Positions 38,896 to 51,511 of a stretch of 62,418 nt of DNA are shown piece by piece (positions within the stretch are counted from its first letter, which is position 1; every line of letters begins with the position of its first letter). The position numbers and the translations under genes are program-made. The notes under the pieces were generated by a model. The model had not been told where the DNA came from. It was given only the letters and a program-made list of their open reading frames with translations, and ran no database searches. The stretch covers positions 4,861,370-4,923,787 of the forward strand of contig BFEA01000008.1 of the NCBI GenBank assembly GCA_003427395.1, in the 5' to 3' direction. The DNA comes from Chara braunii (Eukaryota; Plantae; Charophyceae).

Positions 38896-38952
38896 GAGGC
38901 TGTTTCGTCGGACTTCCACCGACTCATCAGGAGGTTGAACCCCGACAGTCTC
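38896..38952 (-). ncRNA. Type III hammerhead ribozyme, catalytic core intact
   Basis: GAGACUGUC^GGGGU-UCA-ACCUC-CUGAUGA-GUCGG-UGGAAGU-CCGAC-GAAA-CAGCCUC: GUC site, stems I and II paired, stem III with one mismatch. Confidence 0.88.
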
Positions 38953-40771
38953 CCCGAATGTCGTGTGTGTGTGTGTGTATCCACATGCCAAGTCAAAGTC
39001 GAGCGTGGTAGTGTATTGTACAGTAGTAAAGTCGAAGTCGGGTGCAGTAGCATAGGATAGGAAAGTAGTAGTCTAGTACATGGTTAAGCATCAACTACTG
39101 CCCGACAACTAACACCCCTCTGAGGAGGTACGCACCACCCACTGGCGTCAAGGTCCTTGTGACGGAAAAAGGGAAAAAAAAAAACAAGACCAAAATATAT
39201 ATACATTCATATATATGAACTAACATATATACATACCATACGCACCGTCAAACGAGATCGACGACACCTATGTACACGACGCGCACCGTCGATCAAGATC
39301 AAACTCGACATTGAACCAACCAAGCAACGTCAATCGATTGTAATCAAACTCAACAAGAACATAATCAAACGGACAAAACATACACGCATATGTATCGTAG
39401 TGAATCTCGTACTCACGTACACGACGCNNNNNNNNNNNNNNNNNNNNNNNNNNNNNNNNNNNNNNNNNNNNNNNNNNNNNNNCAAACTCGACATTGAATC
39501 AACCAAGCAACGTCGATCGATTGTAATCAAACTCAACAAGAACATAATCAAACGGACAAAACATACACGCATATGTACAGTACTGAATCTCATACTCACG
39601 TCCGCCCATTCGGTACGACATGTCGTCTAAAGTCGTATACGCATGTTCAACGTCCGATCAAACTTATGAACATTCGGTACGACATGTCGTCCTCGAGTCG
39701 TATACGCATGGTCAACGTCCGATCAAACTTATGAAAAGAACATATCCAACGGACCCTCAACGCACATCTGCCGTAATGCATCCCATCCATTCGGCAGGAC
39801 ACGAAAAATTGTGCATTCAAGCCGTTGAAGTGGTAAGTCCTTATGCCTTATGTATAACCACGGTCAACTCATGTCCCAGCCAATCGAACGTGCTACGCAC
39901 TCCACAGTGATCGGCACGTACCTCAACTACGTGGCAGATTATCATCCTCTGCTCGCATTCTCTCCTCCTCCCAGTTCGGTGGTAACACCCACCTCCAGCA
40001 TTAAACACAGCACACTCTCCTCCGGTCTCGGTAGTATACATTCACCTACAGCACTAAATACAGCAAACACAAGCCTAGATGAAATACCCAGTAGGTAAGG
40101 TACGCCATAGCCCACCCCATAGTCATCTCACAGTTCGACCTCCGCTCACCCCATACCCATTTCACAGTTTAGCTCCGCCAGGAGACACCCACGCCGTGCA
40201 CAATGAGAAGGCCACAGATTGCACCCCCCCCCCATACCAGCAGATCGGATGTTACCAAGATAAGAACTAATGACCATCCGTACCAAGACCAGAGCTACAG
40301 TTATCTACCAGAATTTCACTGCAGTAATTTAGCAGAATTTCACCAGGACTCCCCTAACTCACGAAGCTCTGTGCACACATCCAAGGTACCACGTACCAAC
40401 ACCAGAGCTACAGTTATTTAGCAGAATTTCACTGCAGCAATTTACCAGAATTTCACGACTCCCCTAACTCACGACGCTCTGTGCACACATCCAAGGTAAC
40501 AACCACCTTTCCTCTCGGGAAAGCCAAACACCACTTGCATATAACGAAGAAAAACGACAGAAACACATTCAATGCCCAATATTGCGCATTATACATAGTC
40601 AGACAGAGCTGCGTACGGTAAACCGTAGGCAGAGAGAGAGGGAGGGAGAAGAGGACAACAAACGAGGGAGGGGCTGTGACAAACTGCTTCGTCGGAGTTT
40701 CACCGACATAAGAAGGGATCCTCGAACAGAATGCGAAAATTACAGAGACAGAATTAGAATGGCCAATATAC

Positions 40772-40909
40772 CTTGATGGCATCATTCAGCTTGCTGACGT
40801 ACGTCGCGTGATGACCACCATGATGTACCTTCATCGTCATGGCATCGATGTACGGCTCCAGCGCACCCATATCGTACAGCAGTGGCGGGAGCTTGAACGG
40901 CCCACCCAT
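40772..40909 (-). CDS. MSD: Mn superoxide dismutase, exon 1
   Basis: [46 protein letters not shown], then a GT donor in phase 0; too short for the ORF track. Confidence 0.92.
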
Positions 40910-41803
40910 CTTCGACTACGTGTTCAACAACGGGTTACGAAGTCAAAGTCAACACTCCACGGATGGCGCAGTCTGACAACCGAAGGACGTCTGCGGAGGA
41001 CGTCTGCGCCAACGGTAGTGACGGTGGCGTAACGCCAGTCAACGCAAGTCAACGCTAGTAGAGTGCTAGTTGAGTGCCAGGCAGGCCCAGCTTCAAGCGC
41101 TAATCCGACCCACCTCCCCCAGCCGCGAAGGGTACGGCGACAAACCGCATAGCCCAACCACGACAGACTTGTCCACCATTACCTCTTCAAGCTCCTCTCA
41201 TGTGCGTCTCGAGGTATCTGCCATAATCACCAATTGCCCATGTACATATATATACATGCCTGCCTTGCCCTGCCTCGTGACACGCGCGCGCTCAAACGCG
41301 CAACCGCCCCACAACCACCACAGCTCACAGTTTATCCCGGCTGTCAGACATCTGGATACCTGGAGGTCCAAGCGCAGAACGTTGATCCTTGCTATCTACG
41401 GTCAATATCGCTTAATTCCTGTAAGTGGGGCCTAGCCCCCGGATAGGATGGATAACGGAGTGCGCTCCCAGCGCAGAACGTCCGTTTTTTTTTTTTTTTT
41501 TTTTTTTTTTTACCGTGCGGTATTTTTTCCCCACTAGCAGCGTTTAACTATTTCAGCCCGAAACTGGAAATGGGGGGGGGTAGAGGGAGGTGCAGTGACT
41601 GGCCATTGCGCGCCACTGATTTCCCCCATCGGCAATGCCTGCCCACCCCTCGTCACCGTGATGAGGGACTGGTACAGCCTTGCTCTCGCACCACAGCTGT
41701 GGTGCAAACCTACCCCGTGGGCTGGGGAGAGATCCGGGTTGGTTGGTGTTTCCCCATACCATAAATAGACTAGTGAGAGGATGAGATAGATGCGTACTGT
41801 GTA

Positions 41804-42530
41804 GGTCTCTTCCAGATAAAATAGGAAAATGAAAGCCCGTCGATAATGCCAAATCGCTCAGAAGTGAGTCAAGGAAATGGGCCGCAGGCCCGCACACCGC
41901 GGGAAAATCAAGGGCGGGCGGGACCGCTTCACCAAGTCAAGGCGAGGAAAAGGACTCGACCTTTGAAAGACCTGACCCCTTTGTGTGGCGTGCACGCAGG
42001 TTTGCGTTGCGATGAACGCTGCGAGCGGTCGGGGCCTGGAAGGCGCAGCTCGGGAAAGTACGCAAGCTATCGTAGTTGGCCAGGCGCCTGTTACTTATAC
42101 AATCGCAGGTCAAGGCAGTGGGAGCGGACGGACCAGTGAGGTCGTACTTCAGCCAGGGTGAGTGTCACTTTCAACTCAGCAGAACCGTAGATAGTGGATC
42201 GAAAGTTAACCGTCGTTGATCTTAGAAAACTGCATTGTGAGGCGTCCTGTCGACCCTTGGATGAGGTACATCTGTGGTTTGTACGTGAGGTCCCAAATGT
42301 TGATGTTCCGGTATCAATTCCCAACCGTAAACTGTTAGTGGTTGATGATGTGAGTCGAGGATGTTGGATTTGTTGGATTTGTCCCGTCAACCTTGCGTGC
42401 AACCAGGTGCAGAGTTGCAGGCATAATGTTGTGTTGGTCTCTTCCAGGTAAAATAGGAAAATGGAAGTCCGTCGATAATGCCAAATCGCTCAAAAGTGAG
42501 TCAAGGAAATGGGCCGCAGGCCCGCACACC
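41804..42530. repeat. 95-bp direct repeat pair (41804-41898 and 42436-42530) upstream of the tyrosine recombinase
   Basis: ggtctcttccag...gggccgcaggcccgcacacc twice, few mismatches. Confidence 0.9.
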
Positions 42531-42566
42531 TCCTAGGACCGCCCAACTCCCTCCATCGTCCCGCAA

Positions 42567-44380
42567 GTGACATCGTCCTCTTGCAGGGAATGGTGGAACG
42601 AACGAGTGAGCGATGGCGGCTGGAGACAGAAGCGTAGCACTCCGGAGTTTGCAGGTGGATACGAAGCTGATCTTGAGTGGAGCAGCGCCTTGATTCGCGA
42701 ATATGGGGCTGGTCGACGATGGAAAGGTGGAATGAATAAATTTTTTATTGCGTTAAATGAGTGGTTGGAGCGTAACGGGGTTGGAAGGGGTTGTATGACC
42801 TATGCCGATTTCGATATGTTGTCCTTCGTCAGCAGCCAATGGCTTGTTGAGGTAGAGAGTCGGTGCCGAACATCCAATGTTGAAGGCCTCCCGCTTGTAT
42901 CTTCGTCCACAGTAGATGCGGTTGTGAATTGCTTGAGTGCTTGTTTTCGTCTGCTCGGGAGAGATGGGGAAGAAGATCCTTGCCAGAGTAGCAGGGTGCG
43001 AGCTTGTCGTAAAGCATATCGAAAGTATTCCTTGCAAAGAGGTGTTGTTGAAGAGTCTGCGCGGCCTTTGAGATGGGAGAAATTGAAGAAGGTATTGGAG
43101 CATATTAGAGGGAAGTTGAAGATATTGAAGGGGTATGCGGAGGCTCAGGCTTATCGAGATGGGGGGGCTTTTCTTTACTTATGGGAGAGTTGGCAGTGTT
43201 GTGGAGAGGGATCAAGATTGAAGTACAAAGAGATAGATGTCAGTGAGAGGGTTGTGCTGCCAGGGTATACTAAAACTGACCGTCATGGTGGGAGGTTCAT
43301 GATAAGGTTGCGTGATCCTGAAGTGGGAGAGGATATTTTTTTGGGTTGGTTTCCAGAGTTGGTAAATAGTTACGATAGATTGGGGCAGGATGTGAGGAGA
43401 GGTTACTTGTTTCGGTCAATGCGTGGTGATGGTCCAGTAAGTGGTGGCGGTCTTAACAAGCGAATAGAGAAATGGTTTGAGGAGGCGGGAGTTTATGAAG
43501 GGGAGAGTGGTCACAACTTCCGGATTGGGGGAGTTCATGCAAGGATAGAGGAGGGTTGGAGTCTGGGAGAAATGATGCCTGTGTCGTCGCTCGTCCCTCG
43601 TACGGGGGATCTCCGTACGGCCCGTGTGTATGGACGGACGTACGGACGACGGCCGTCCGAAGGTGTTTTAGGGGCAAAAAAAAAAATAAATAAATAAATG
43701 GGGTTGTAGATCTTGTCGAGATCTACAACCCCGTATTTTTTTATTTTTTTTTGGCCTTAAACCACCAGGAGGAAAAAATGTTTTCTTTCCTGCAATGATG
43801 TCCGGTTGGGTAGTCTAGAAGGCCGTGCTCACAATCTTCCTCCACAGAATGCACCTTACAGGTAAGGCGGTCACATTCTGAATGTTATTGTTTTCTTTTT
43901 TTTGTTGGTCGTGTATTTCTTATGAGTCCCCTGTCCGTGAATTGCTCAAGCTGTCCGTGATCTGCTCAAGCTGTGTTTTGTCAGAGGATTGTAAGGCTCA
44001 TCACACTGATACTTAGGGGAATGTATCCAGCCATTTTCACGGCCTGATCCATGTGCCCGTTTTTTTCCCCTTTTATTCTCTTTTTAAAATCTGACAACCT
44101 GGCCACGGGGCTGAGATGCCCTCATTGAGGGCACACTCACACTACCACTTCCAAAAATGTATGAAACTGCAATCACGACCAAAGTTTTGTTTCCTTTTTT
44201 TTTTTGTTATTTTATGAGGTTAACAAACGCAACTTTTCTTCTTCTTTTTTGATTTTTTTTGTTCTTTTCGTGAGAGTACCAGAAAGAAAACGAAGTGGTA
44301 CCCAGGCTCGACAAAACTCGGAGCGCAATGAAATTCAGGGTCGGCAAAAACAGGCTTCGAGGTACTGGTGGTTTAAAGAG

Positions 44381-44446
<66 letters not shown>

Positions 44447-44836
44447 NNNNNNNNNNNNNNNNNNNNNNNNNNNNNNNNNNNNNNNNNNNNNNNNNNNNNN
44501 NNNNNNNNNNNNNNNNNNNNNNNNNNNNNNNNNNNNNNNNNNNNNNNNNNNNNNNNNNNNNNNNNNNNNNNNNNNNNNNNNNNNNNNNNNNNNNNNNNNN
44601 NNNNNNNNNNNNNNNNNNNNNNNNNNNNNNNNNNNNNNNNNNNNNNNNNNNNNNNNNNNNNNNNNNNNNNNNNNNNNNNNNNNNNNNNNNNNNNNNNNNN
44701 NNNNNNNNNNNNNNNNNNNNNNNNNNNNNNNNNNNNNNNNNNNNNNNNNNNNNNNNNNNNNNNNNNNNNNNNNNNNNNNNNNNNNNNNNNNNNNNNNNNN
44801 NNNNNNNNNNNNNNNNNNNNNNNNNNNNNNNNNNNN

Positions 44837-44872
<36 letters not shown>

Positions 44873-44913
44873 TGTGTACTCGTGGGGAGGGGAGGCGACC
44901 CCCCCCACCTCAT

Positions 44914-44947
<34 letters not shown>

Positions 44948-44951
44948 TAAC

Positions 44952-44991
<40 letters not shown>

Positions 44992-45296
44992 TAATCAATC
45001 AACCAATTAATCAATCAATCATTTTATTTTTTCTTTACCCCCGGGACAAAATGTTTTTTTTTTTTTTTTTTTTGGAATGGGGGGGTACCCTCTAACACCC
45101 GAACCCCCCCCAGCCCATCCACCCCCTCAACACCCCCCCCGAAGGCCACGTACGGAGGGCCCAAAGTCCGTACGTACGGGCCGTACAGGCACCAGGGGCC
45201 CTGATGTGACAGGGAACATGGAGTAGTATTGGAACGTTTATGAGGTACGGATACAAATGCGGCGTGGATGGAAGAGGAGGAGTAAGGGGGGTTTAG
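42567..45296 (+). pseudogene. Tyrosine recombinase of a DIRS/PAT- or Crypton-type element, interrupted (42567-43577 joined to 45207-45296)
   Basis: RD...LWESWQCCGE, KT, YLFRS and GHNFRIGG in the first part; GTWSSIGTFMRY (catalytic W/Y box) after the insertion. Confidence 0.8.
43578..45201. mobile_element. Insertion within the recombinase gene, flanked by a TGATG duplication; contains a nested TTTAAA-flanked element and a strong hairpin (43700-43732)
   Basis: TGATG at 43573-43577 and 45202-45206; subterminal inverted gtacggcccgt motifs. Confidence 0.65.
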
Positions 45297-47730
45297 GTGG
45301 TGAAGAAAATTGTTGTTAGGTCGAGGATTGCGGTGTCACGCGCCCTGAGGGGGAGCGCTGAACCTCACGGTCAGGTCATGCAGGATGTTTTGTCTGAAAA
45401 AGAACCAGTCACCACTTCAACCGTGTGTGCGTGCTATACCTCTCACGACGCCCTGCGACAGGTCGGGACGTCGCCAGGTACAACTTATCTCTACTCGAGG
45501 GCACCACCCTCAGGTAGGCGTATCCCTGTTGAGCTACCGTCCCACGTGCGAAGGCTTTTACATGCCTGAGTAGAGGTAGGTCAGCCGAGGGCGTTTGCTT
45601 GATCGCTGTAGCATAATATGGGGTACCCTCGGTAAGACGCCTAGGACTGACCCGTTAGATATTCAGGTCGAACTTTGAGATGGTCGTCTATCTCCGCTTT
45701 CATTCCCAAAACATTTTTTTTTTCTGACCTCTGTGATCAATGTACAAAATGCCTTGCCACTACCAAAGATATTATATTCTACTCAACGTCACGGTATGAC
45801 TGATCATCAGATGATATAGAAGTTATACTTTGATTATGAATATCGAGGTATTACCACTGGGAACCCTTCCCACTTTCACAAGTGCTGAGTGTCCAAAACT
45901 CTTCAACAGATCAGGTCCAGTTCAATCCCAAACTCACGAACAAAACAGACCTGCACAACATAATGCAAAGACAATTCACATGCAATGCACTAACGGCGTC
46001 AACCATCAACCATTGACATTGTCCCTCACTCCCAAACCATGCATGACAGCCCTATCTTTCCGGAGATGCGGACCCAGCCCCCTCACACTTATTCAAAGGA
46101 CCATTGAGAGTGACCAGGATCATTTAGGCAATGACCACAGGTGACATTTTTACTGACCACATGGTTTGATTTTAGATGTACGTATCAAGCCCATGCGAAA
46201 AAGTTGAATCGGCAACGACCGACCTGTTATCGAGTGATAACAAAAAATTGAGTCCTCTTTGTAGGACTTCTCCTTCAATTGCTGTAGATCAAAACAGATA
46301 CTTGGACACCCCCACTTGATTTCCCACTTATCGATATCTAAGGTTCAAGTTCTTAGATCTGGTTTGTGAGTTTTGGGATCAATATCCCAAAGTCTAACCC
46401 CTAGTTTTTTTCTACCCTGAGTCGTTTGTCATTCCTCCCCCTTTTATTTCAAGGAGTTTCTTTCCTATGTCCTAAATCGTCTTAGGGAAACTCATATTTC
46501 CCCTACTCTCAGTCCTTGCATTCTCTCTCTTGGGTATAAGCACACCCTTCGGCGCTTTATGCGGTAGTCTGACCGAGATCAACTCAAGCCAGTGACGGTT
46601 TTTTCAATGAACTGTGGCTGCACGGGGTGTCTTCCTTTTCTAATTTCTTTTTCCCTCGGTATTCGCCTTCTCTTACGTCCCTTTTAAGGAACCTTTGGAG
46701 TCGCTCTCGATGGAGCACTCCCTTTTTCCCTTTCTCTTCTTTTTGTCCTGGTATACGCAAGTAGTGGGTTGATTCATCCGGGAATCTTTCACTACTTGAT
46801 CAATTCCAAACAATCTGTTATTCAGAAGAGTAGTCGAGTCGCCACACGGGAGCACTCAGTCACCCTTCAAAGTTTATGCAGTTCTCATGCAACCAAGCAG
46901 CTCATGCAATCTAGTGCAAGTGATCGGATAACTCACCCGGGAGTATCTTTTTATTAGTTAAGCAGGTAGTTAGGAGGTCTATGTTGAACCATCTCAACAC
47001 TTGACCCAATATTCAGGAAACATTCCAACTCCAAGTGTCAATTCCGAATCAAAGTTAGTAATAGGCGGTCTTCACAAAAGCCTCCTATTACTACTTGATT
47101 CAGAGTTCGGTCTTTCCCTCAAAAGTGTAATAGGAAGATACTATAGGAGCTACCCTACTACTTACTTAGAGTCAGGCGAGCTGGGATTATGTTAGTGGAT
47201 TCAGGCAAACACCAGATCCTTCCTTTTGCTGGAGTATCTTATTAGACCTGTTAGGGTGAGGTTAGAGAAATAGTGGGATGACCCCACGAGAGCCTCCCAT
47301 TTTCTAGCTTAACGTTAGATAGATCGTAATTTTTACTTATACCATTCATTAGTCATACCTGAATAAGTAATAGAGCTTACTCACCTGGGAGTATCCCTCT
47401 ACTGTCCAAAACACATTCGTTTCATCCCTGCCCTCAGTTAGTTGACTCCCAAACCAAACAAAGTATTAGGACAACCCACCCGGGAGCCATCTTACGACCA
47501 GTTTGATGCATAGGAGATCAAGAACAACTCTTGATTGAGTTGTCCTGACAGTTCACCTAACTGGCCTGTGTACCGTAAATGAGCAAAAGGTAGGCTGACT
47601 CTCACGGGAAGTCGGACGGATCGTTCCAGATTTAGGAGCTCGTGTACTCACCCAGGAGTACTCAATGCCCTCCCCAGTCTGGTTCGATCGGTGACAGGAG
47701 AGCCCTATGGGAGCCTCCTGCTATCTTTTG

Positions 47731-48116
47731 CACTAGCGGTCAATGGAAGGCCAAAAATTCGGGGTTTTTCACCGCGTAGCTACAAACAATGTTGTTGAAA
47801 CTTTTGCGAACAAACTATGCAGGATCATAATACAAACATCAAAAAAACAATCAGGCAAAAAAAAAAAAAAATCAAAATCAAGAGCACTATAAATCCCTAT
47901 TCGGAGTACCTTGTGGAGTTCGCCAAAACTTTTCGATTCGGAGGGCGCCAACTGCTTCAAATACGGCGAAACTGAATACAATTATACCCTAAAGCACATG
48001 TATAACAGACAAAAAGAAAAACTGAGAAAATATTAAAAATTAAGTAAAATATTACAGTTTCGGTGAAAAATTCGTCAAAATTCGCCGAATTTTGGGCCTT
48101 CCATTAACCGCCACTC
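47731..48116. mobile_element. hAT-type MITE, ~30-bp TIRs, 8-bp TSD
   Basis: gcggtcaatggaaggccaaaaattcgg versus ccgaattttgggccttccattaaccgc; flanks atcttttg and accttttg. Confidence 0.75.
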
Positions 48117-49427
48117 ACCTTTTGCCTTTGTTACTTGAAGACACGTACCTTATGAGAGTACCGGATCAATTCGTTTTTGTTAAGTTGAAGAAGTGTACCC
48201 CACGGGAGTACCGGATCAATTGGCTTTTGTCAAGTTGAAGAAGTGTACCCCACGGGAGTACCGGATCAATTGGTTGTTGTCAATGTAACCTGCAGGTCAA
48301 TAGGGAAGATGCACGACACCTCTTCACTACCAATGTCAGAGTTAGACAATCACTACACCAATTTGTTACTTTAGTCAGACGAATTGCAGGGTAATTCGCA
48401 CGACGAGAACCCTATCATTTGCCTTGGTTACTCCATGCAAGCATCTTGACGATCTTACGGAAGTACAAAATTACTTCCTAGACCTAGCCTGTAATGTAAT
48501 GAGAGGACTGCACGGCAGCGTCTCGTCACCAACGTTGAAATCAAGCAGACGTTGCATCAATTCGTTACTTTAGCCGGACGAATGGCAGGGTAACTTTGCA
48601 TGACGAGTAACCCGTCATCCGCCCTAGTTAGCTCATACGAGCCGTGTGACGACCCTACGAGAGTCTCCATCACACAGCTGTATCTTTCAAACCCAGGCAG
48701 ACTAGGTTACTTCTCGGTTCTTCCTAGGTTCCTTTCTTTTATCAAGCAAGGTTCTTACTTCAATCATATAGTTCTTTCCCTTTTGATACGCTTAATCCTG
48801 AAGAAAACACGAATAATATATTACCCACCCATACAGGCAATCCAGTAAAAGGTTGTAACTTGTATGGGTATACGAAAACGGAATGAAACATGCGTACCTT
48901 ATGGTTCCCTGCCTCCAGAGTTCCTCCTTAACTCCGGCAGAGCTCCCGCAATCGCCTTGTTGTGCCTGTCTGTTTGATCATCCTTTTTCACAGAGTAGAC
49001 TTTCCATTCAAAGATATCATACATTTTAAGGTAGGTGTAAAAACAAAGGGAAGTGAGGGGATTAGATCACGGAAAGATGGGGAAGGATGGAGGAGGTAGG
49101 CACCATCACACGGTGACGATGTCTCTCTCCTCTCCAGTGCCCCATACTTCTCAAATCTGATTTTTCCCATTTCCTTTGATATCAATCAGTCAATCAAGGA
49201 ACCGTAAGATGATGCCTAAGAATGAGAATGATCATAATAATAACCTTGGATAAATATGGAGAAGAGAAAAATGAATGGTTCAAATGAAAGGAGAAGGGAG
49301 GAGGATGGAGGAGGTAGGCACCACCACACGGTCACGGTGTCCCAATCCTTTCCAGTGCCCTGCTTCTTCTCCTTTCTTGGCCTATGATGCTCAATATCCA
49401 AAATAATCACAAATACTTTTAATAATC

Positions 49428-49469
<42 letters not shown>

Positions 49470-49470
<1 letters not shown>

Positions 49471-50844
49471 GTAAGGAATATGATTGTGAACAATATACAG
49501 AAAACCAAATTACGAAATCACACAGATTGTCTAAGTAGTCACAGAGTACAGATGCACTTAGTGTTCATCCAAATTGAGCAATTCAACGAAGTAATAAGCC
49601 AATGTCCAAGCCCGTAGGCCACAGTATCAAAAGTCGTGTTCTCTGTCTGACGCCCAACGCTTCTCTTACTCTAGTCGACTATCCTACCTGCAGTTGTGTG
49701 CATGCAACAGGCTCACTTTGACAGTCGAAGACCAGTGTTCACAGCATCAACTTCTATAGTCGACCCCTTTTCATGTACCAAGTACGTATCTCGTCCCCCT
49801 TTCTCTGTCTCTCTTTTCCTGTCGGTACGTATTTCTGTATATCTCTGTGTATCTGTACCCCTGCGTATGTGTCATCGCGTCTCAACATCCTTTATGTTTC
49901 TGTATCACTTGTGTATGTGTGTGTCACTTTGTCCCTGTATGTCTGTTGTCTGTATATGTCCTTTATCTACGTATGTCTGTGACAATCGCGTGTGTCATAG
50001 TATTTATGTATATCTGTTGTCTGAACGTGCCATTGTGACCGTGTCATTTTTAACTTTGTGTTCGTCTGCTCGTCAGTTTGTGGATGGCTGTCTTGCCTTC
50101 GTATGTCTGTTTCTGTTTATCTGTTCTCTTTTCTCATTCCCTTACTTTTTTTAATGCTCACACAAACACATATGCATGCTCACTCCATCTACGTTTCTCT
50201 CTCCCACTTTATTTACACTCACACTCTCATGCACGCTCATGGGTGAGGCAAGTGGTGGACTAGACTGCAGTGCAATCGCAGTACGACCTCGGTAGGATAG
50301 CAGTGAGTCCACAGTCAGTCAGCGGTAAGGTCCAATCAGTCCCAGTCAGGTCCAACAAGTACCACGGGGGATTGTAAGTACCATGGGCCGATGGCAAAAG
50401 GGCAGACCAACGATTTTCCAAAGTAAAAGTCAAGAAGCAGCGCCCAGCCTTTCATTCATTCATGCGGGAGCCATGCGGAAGCGCTGCCACATCGTTTTGT
50501 GCAAGGAGGTCTGAGGTGAGCCCGGAGGACGCAGTGGGCAAAAGGGAGTTAGCTTAGCCATAGTGATATGGTAGTAGCGTCCATGGCCGCCATAGCCATA
50601 GTTAGTATTCAAAGTGTGAGTGTGTGTGCGCGTCCTTAGTATCTCGTGTGGGATATCCAGGATGATGCTTTGTATGCGAGCAGAGAGAGTTGCGTGGGCG
50701 CTGAGTCACCGCAACTACTGAATTGAATCTGAACTGTATTCACGGTCACCATATGTCTGAAAACTGAGTGGGCGCTTACCGTGAGTTCGGTGTGCCACCT
50801 GTTCTTAGGCACGTGGAGAGAGAAAGAAAGCGAATCTGATTGCA
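49470..50844. mobile_element. Possible solo LTR inserted in an (AAT)n tract
   Basis: TGTAA...TTGCA ends abut AAT microsatellites; no clear TSD. Confidence 0.3.
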
Positions 50845-51455
50845 TAATAGGAATAATAAAAAAAAAAAAATAATAATAATAATAATAATTATTATTATTA
50901 TTATTATTATAATAATACTAATTTTATCAGCAACAACAACATTAAGATAATGACTTTATACAAGCTATCTTTCTGGCCTGTCTTCATAACGCTTGGGGAG
51001 AGATGTGTTCTGCTCAGAGAACTTGCTGCTTGACCAGCAGCAGCGCCAGTCTAAACAACCAGGTAAGTCTTTCTCTCTGTATGTCTGTTTTGTCTGTTGT
51101 TTATCCGACGTGTTGGTTTACCTGCTGTTGGTGTGTGCCTGTGTTCGTTTGCCTGCTTGTTAGACACCGTCATGTCTGTCTCTCACTTTCTTCTCCTTCT
51201 TCTGCGTGTGCGTGTGTTCGTGGGATACCTAGGTTGATCAGGGTTTGAAGTGTGAAGTGCACAGTGGTGTTGGACACAGTGACAAGGGTTACGATGCATG
51301 GGTGTTGATGCACCGTAGCCAGTCGAAGCGAGCCTGCATCTGAACTGTGTCCTGGTTTCCATATCTTCGAGCTTTGAGTTAGGCGCTTGTCGTTGGTTTG
51401 CTGCGCGACTGTGTGCATGCCTGAAAAGCGTGAATGAAAGCTAGTCTGATTTTAC

Positions 51456-51511
<56 letters not shown>

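Larger units (their letters stand above)
36522..39212 (-). mobile_element. Non-coding retrozyme-like unit: direct repeats 36631-36760 and 39081-39212, each next to a hammerhead, enclosing U2-like fragments
   Basis: ~130-bp direct repeats 2450 bp apart; homologous hammerhead cores 2380 bp apart. Confidence 0.55.

Noticed and set aside
43578-43697. Annotated C-terminus of the YR ORF with an RVY tyrosine
   Set aside because: Derived from the insertion; the real W/Y box is at 45207-45296
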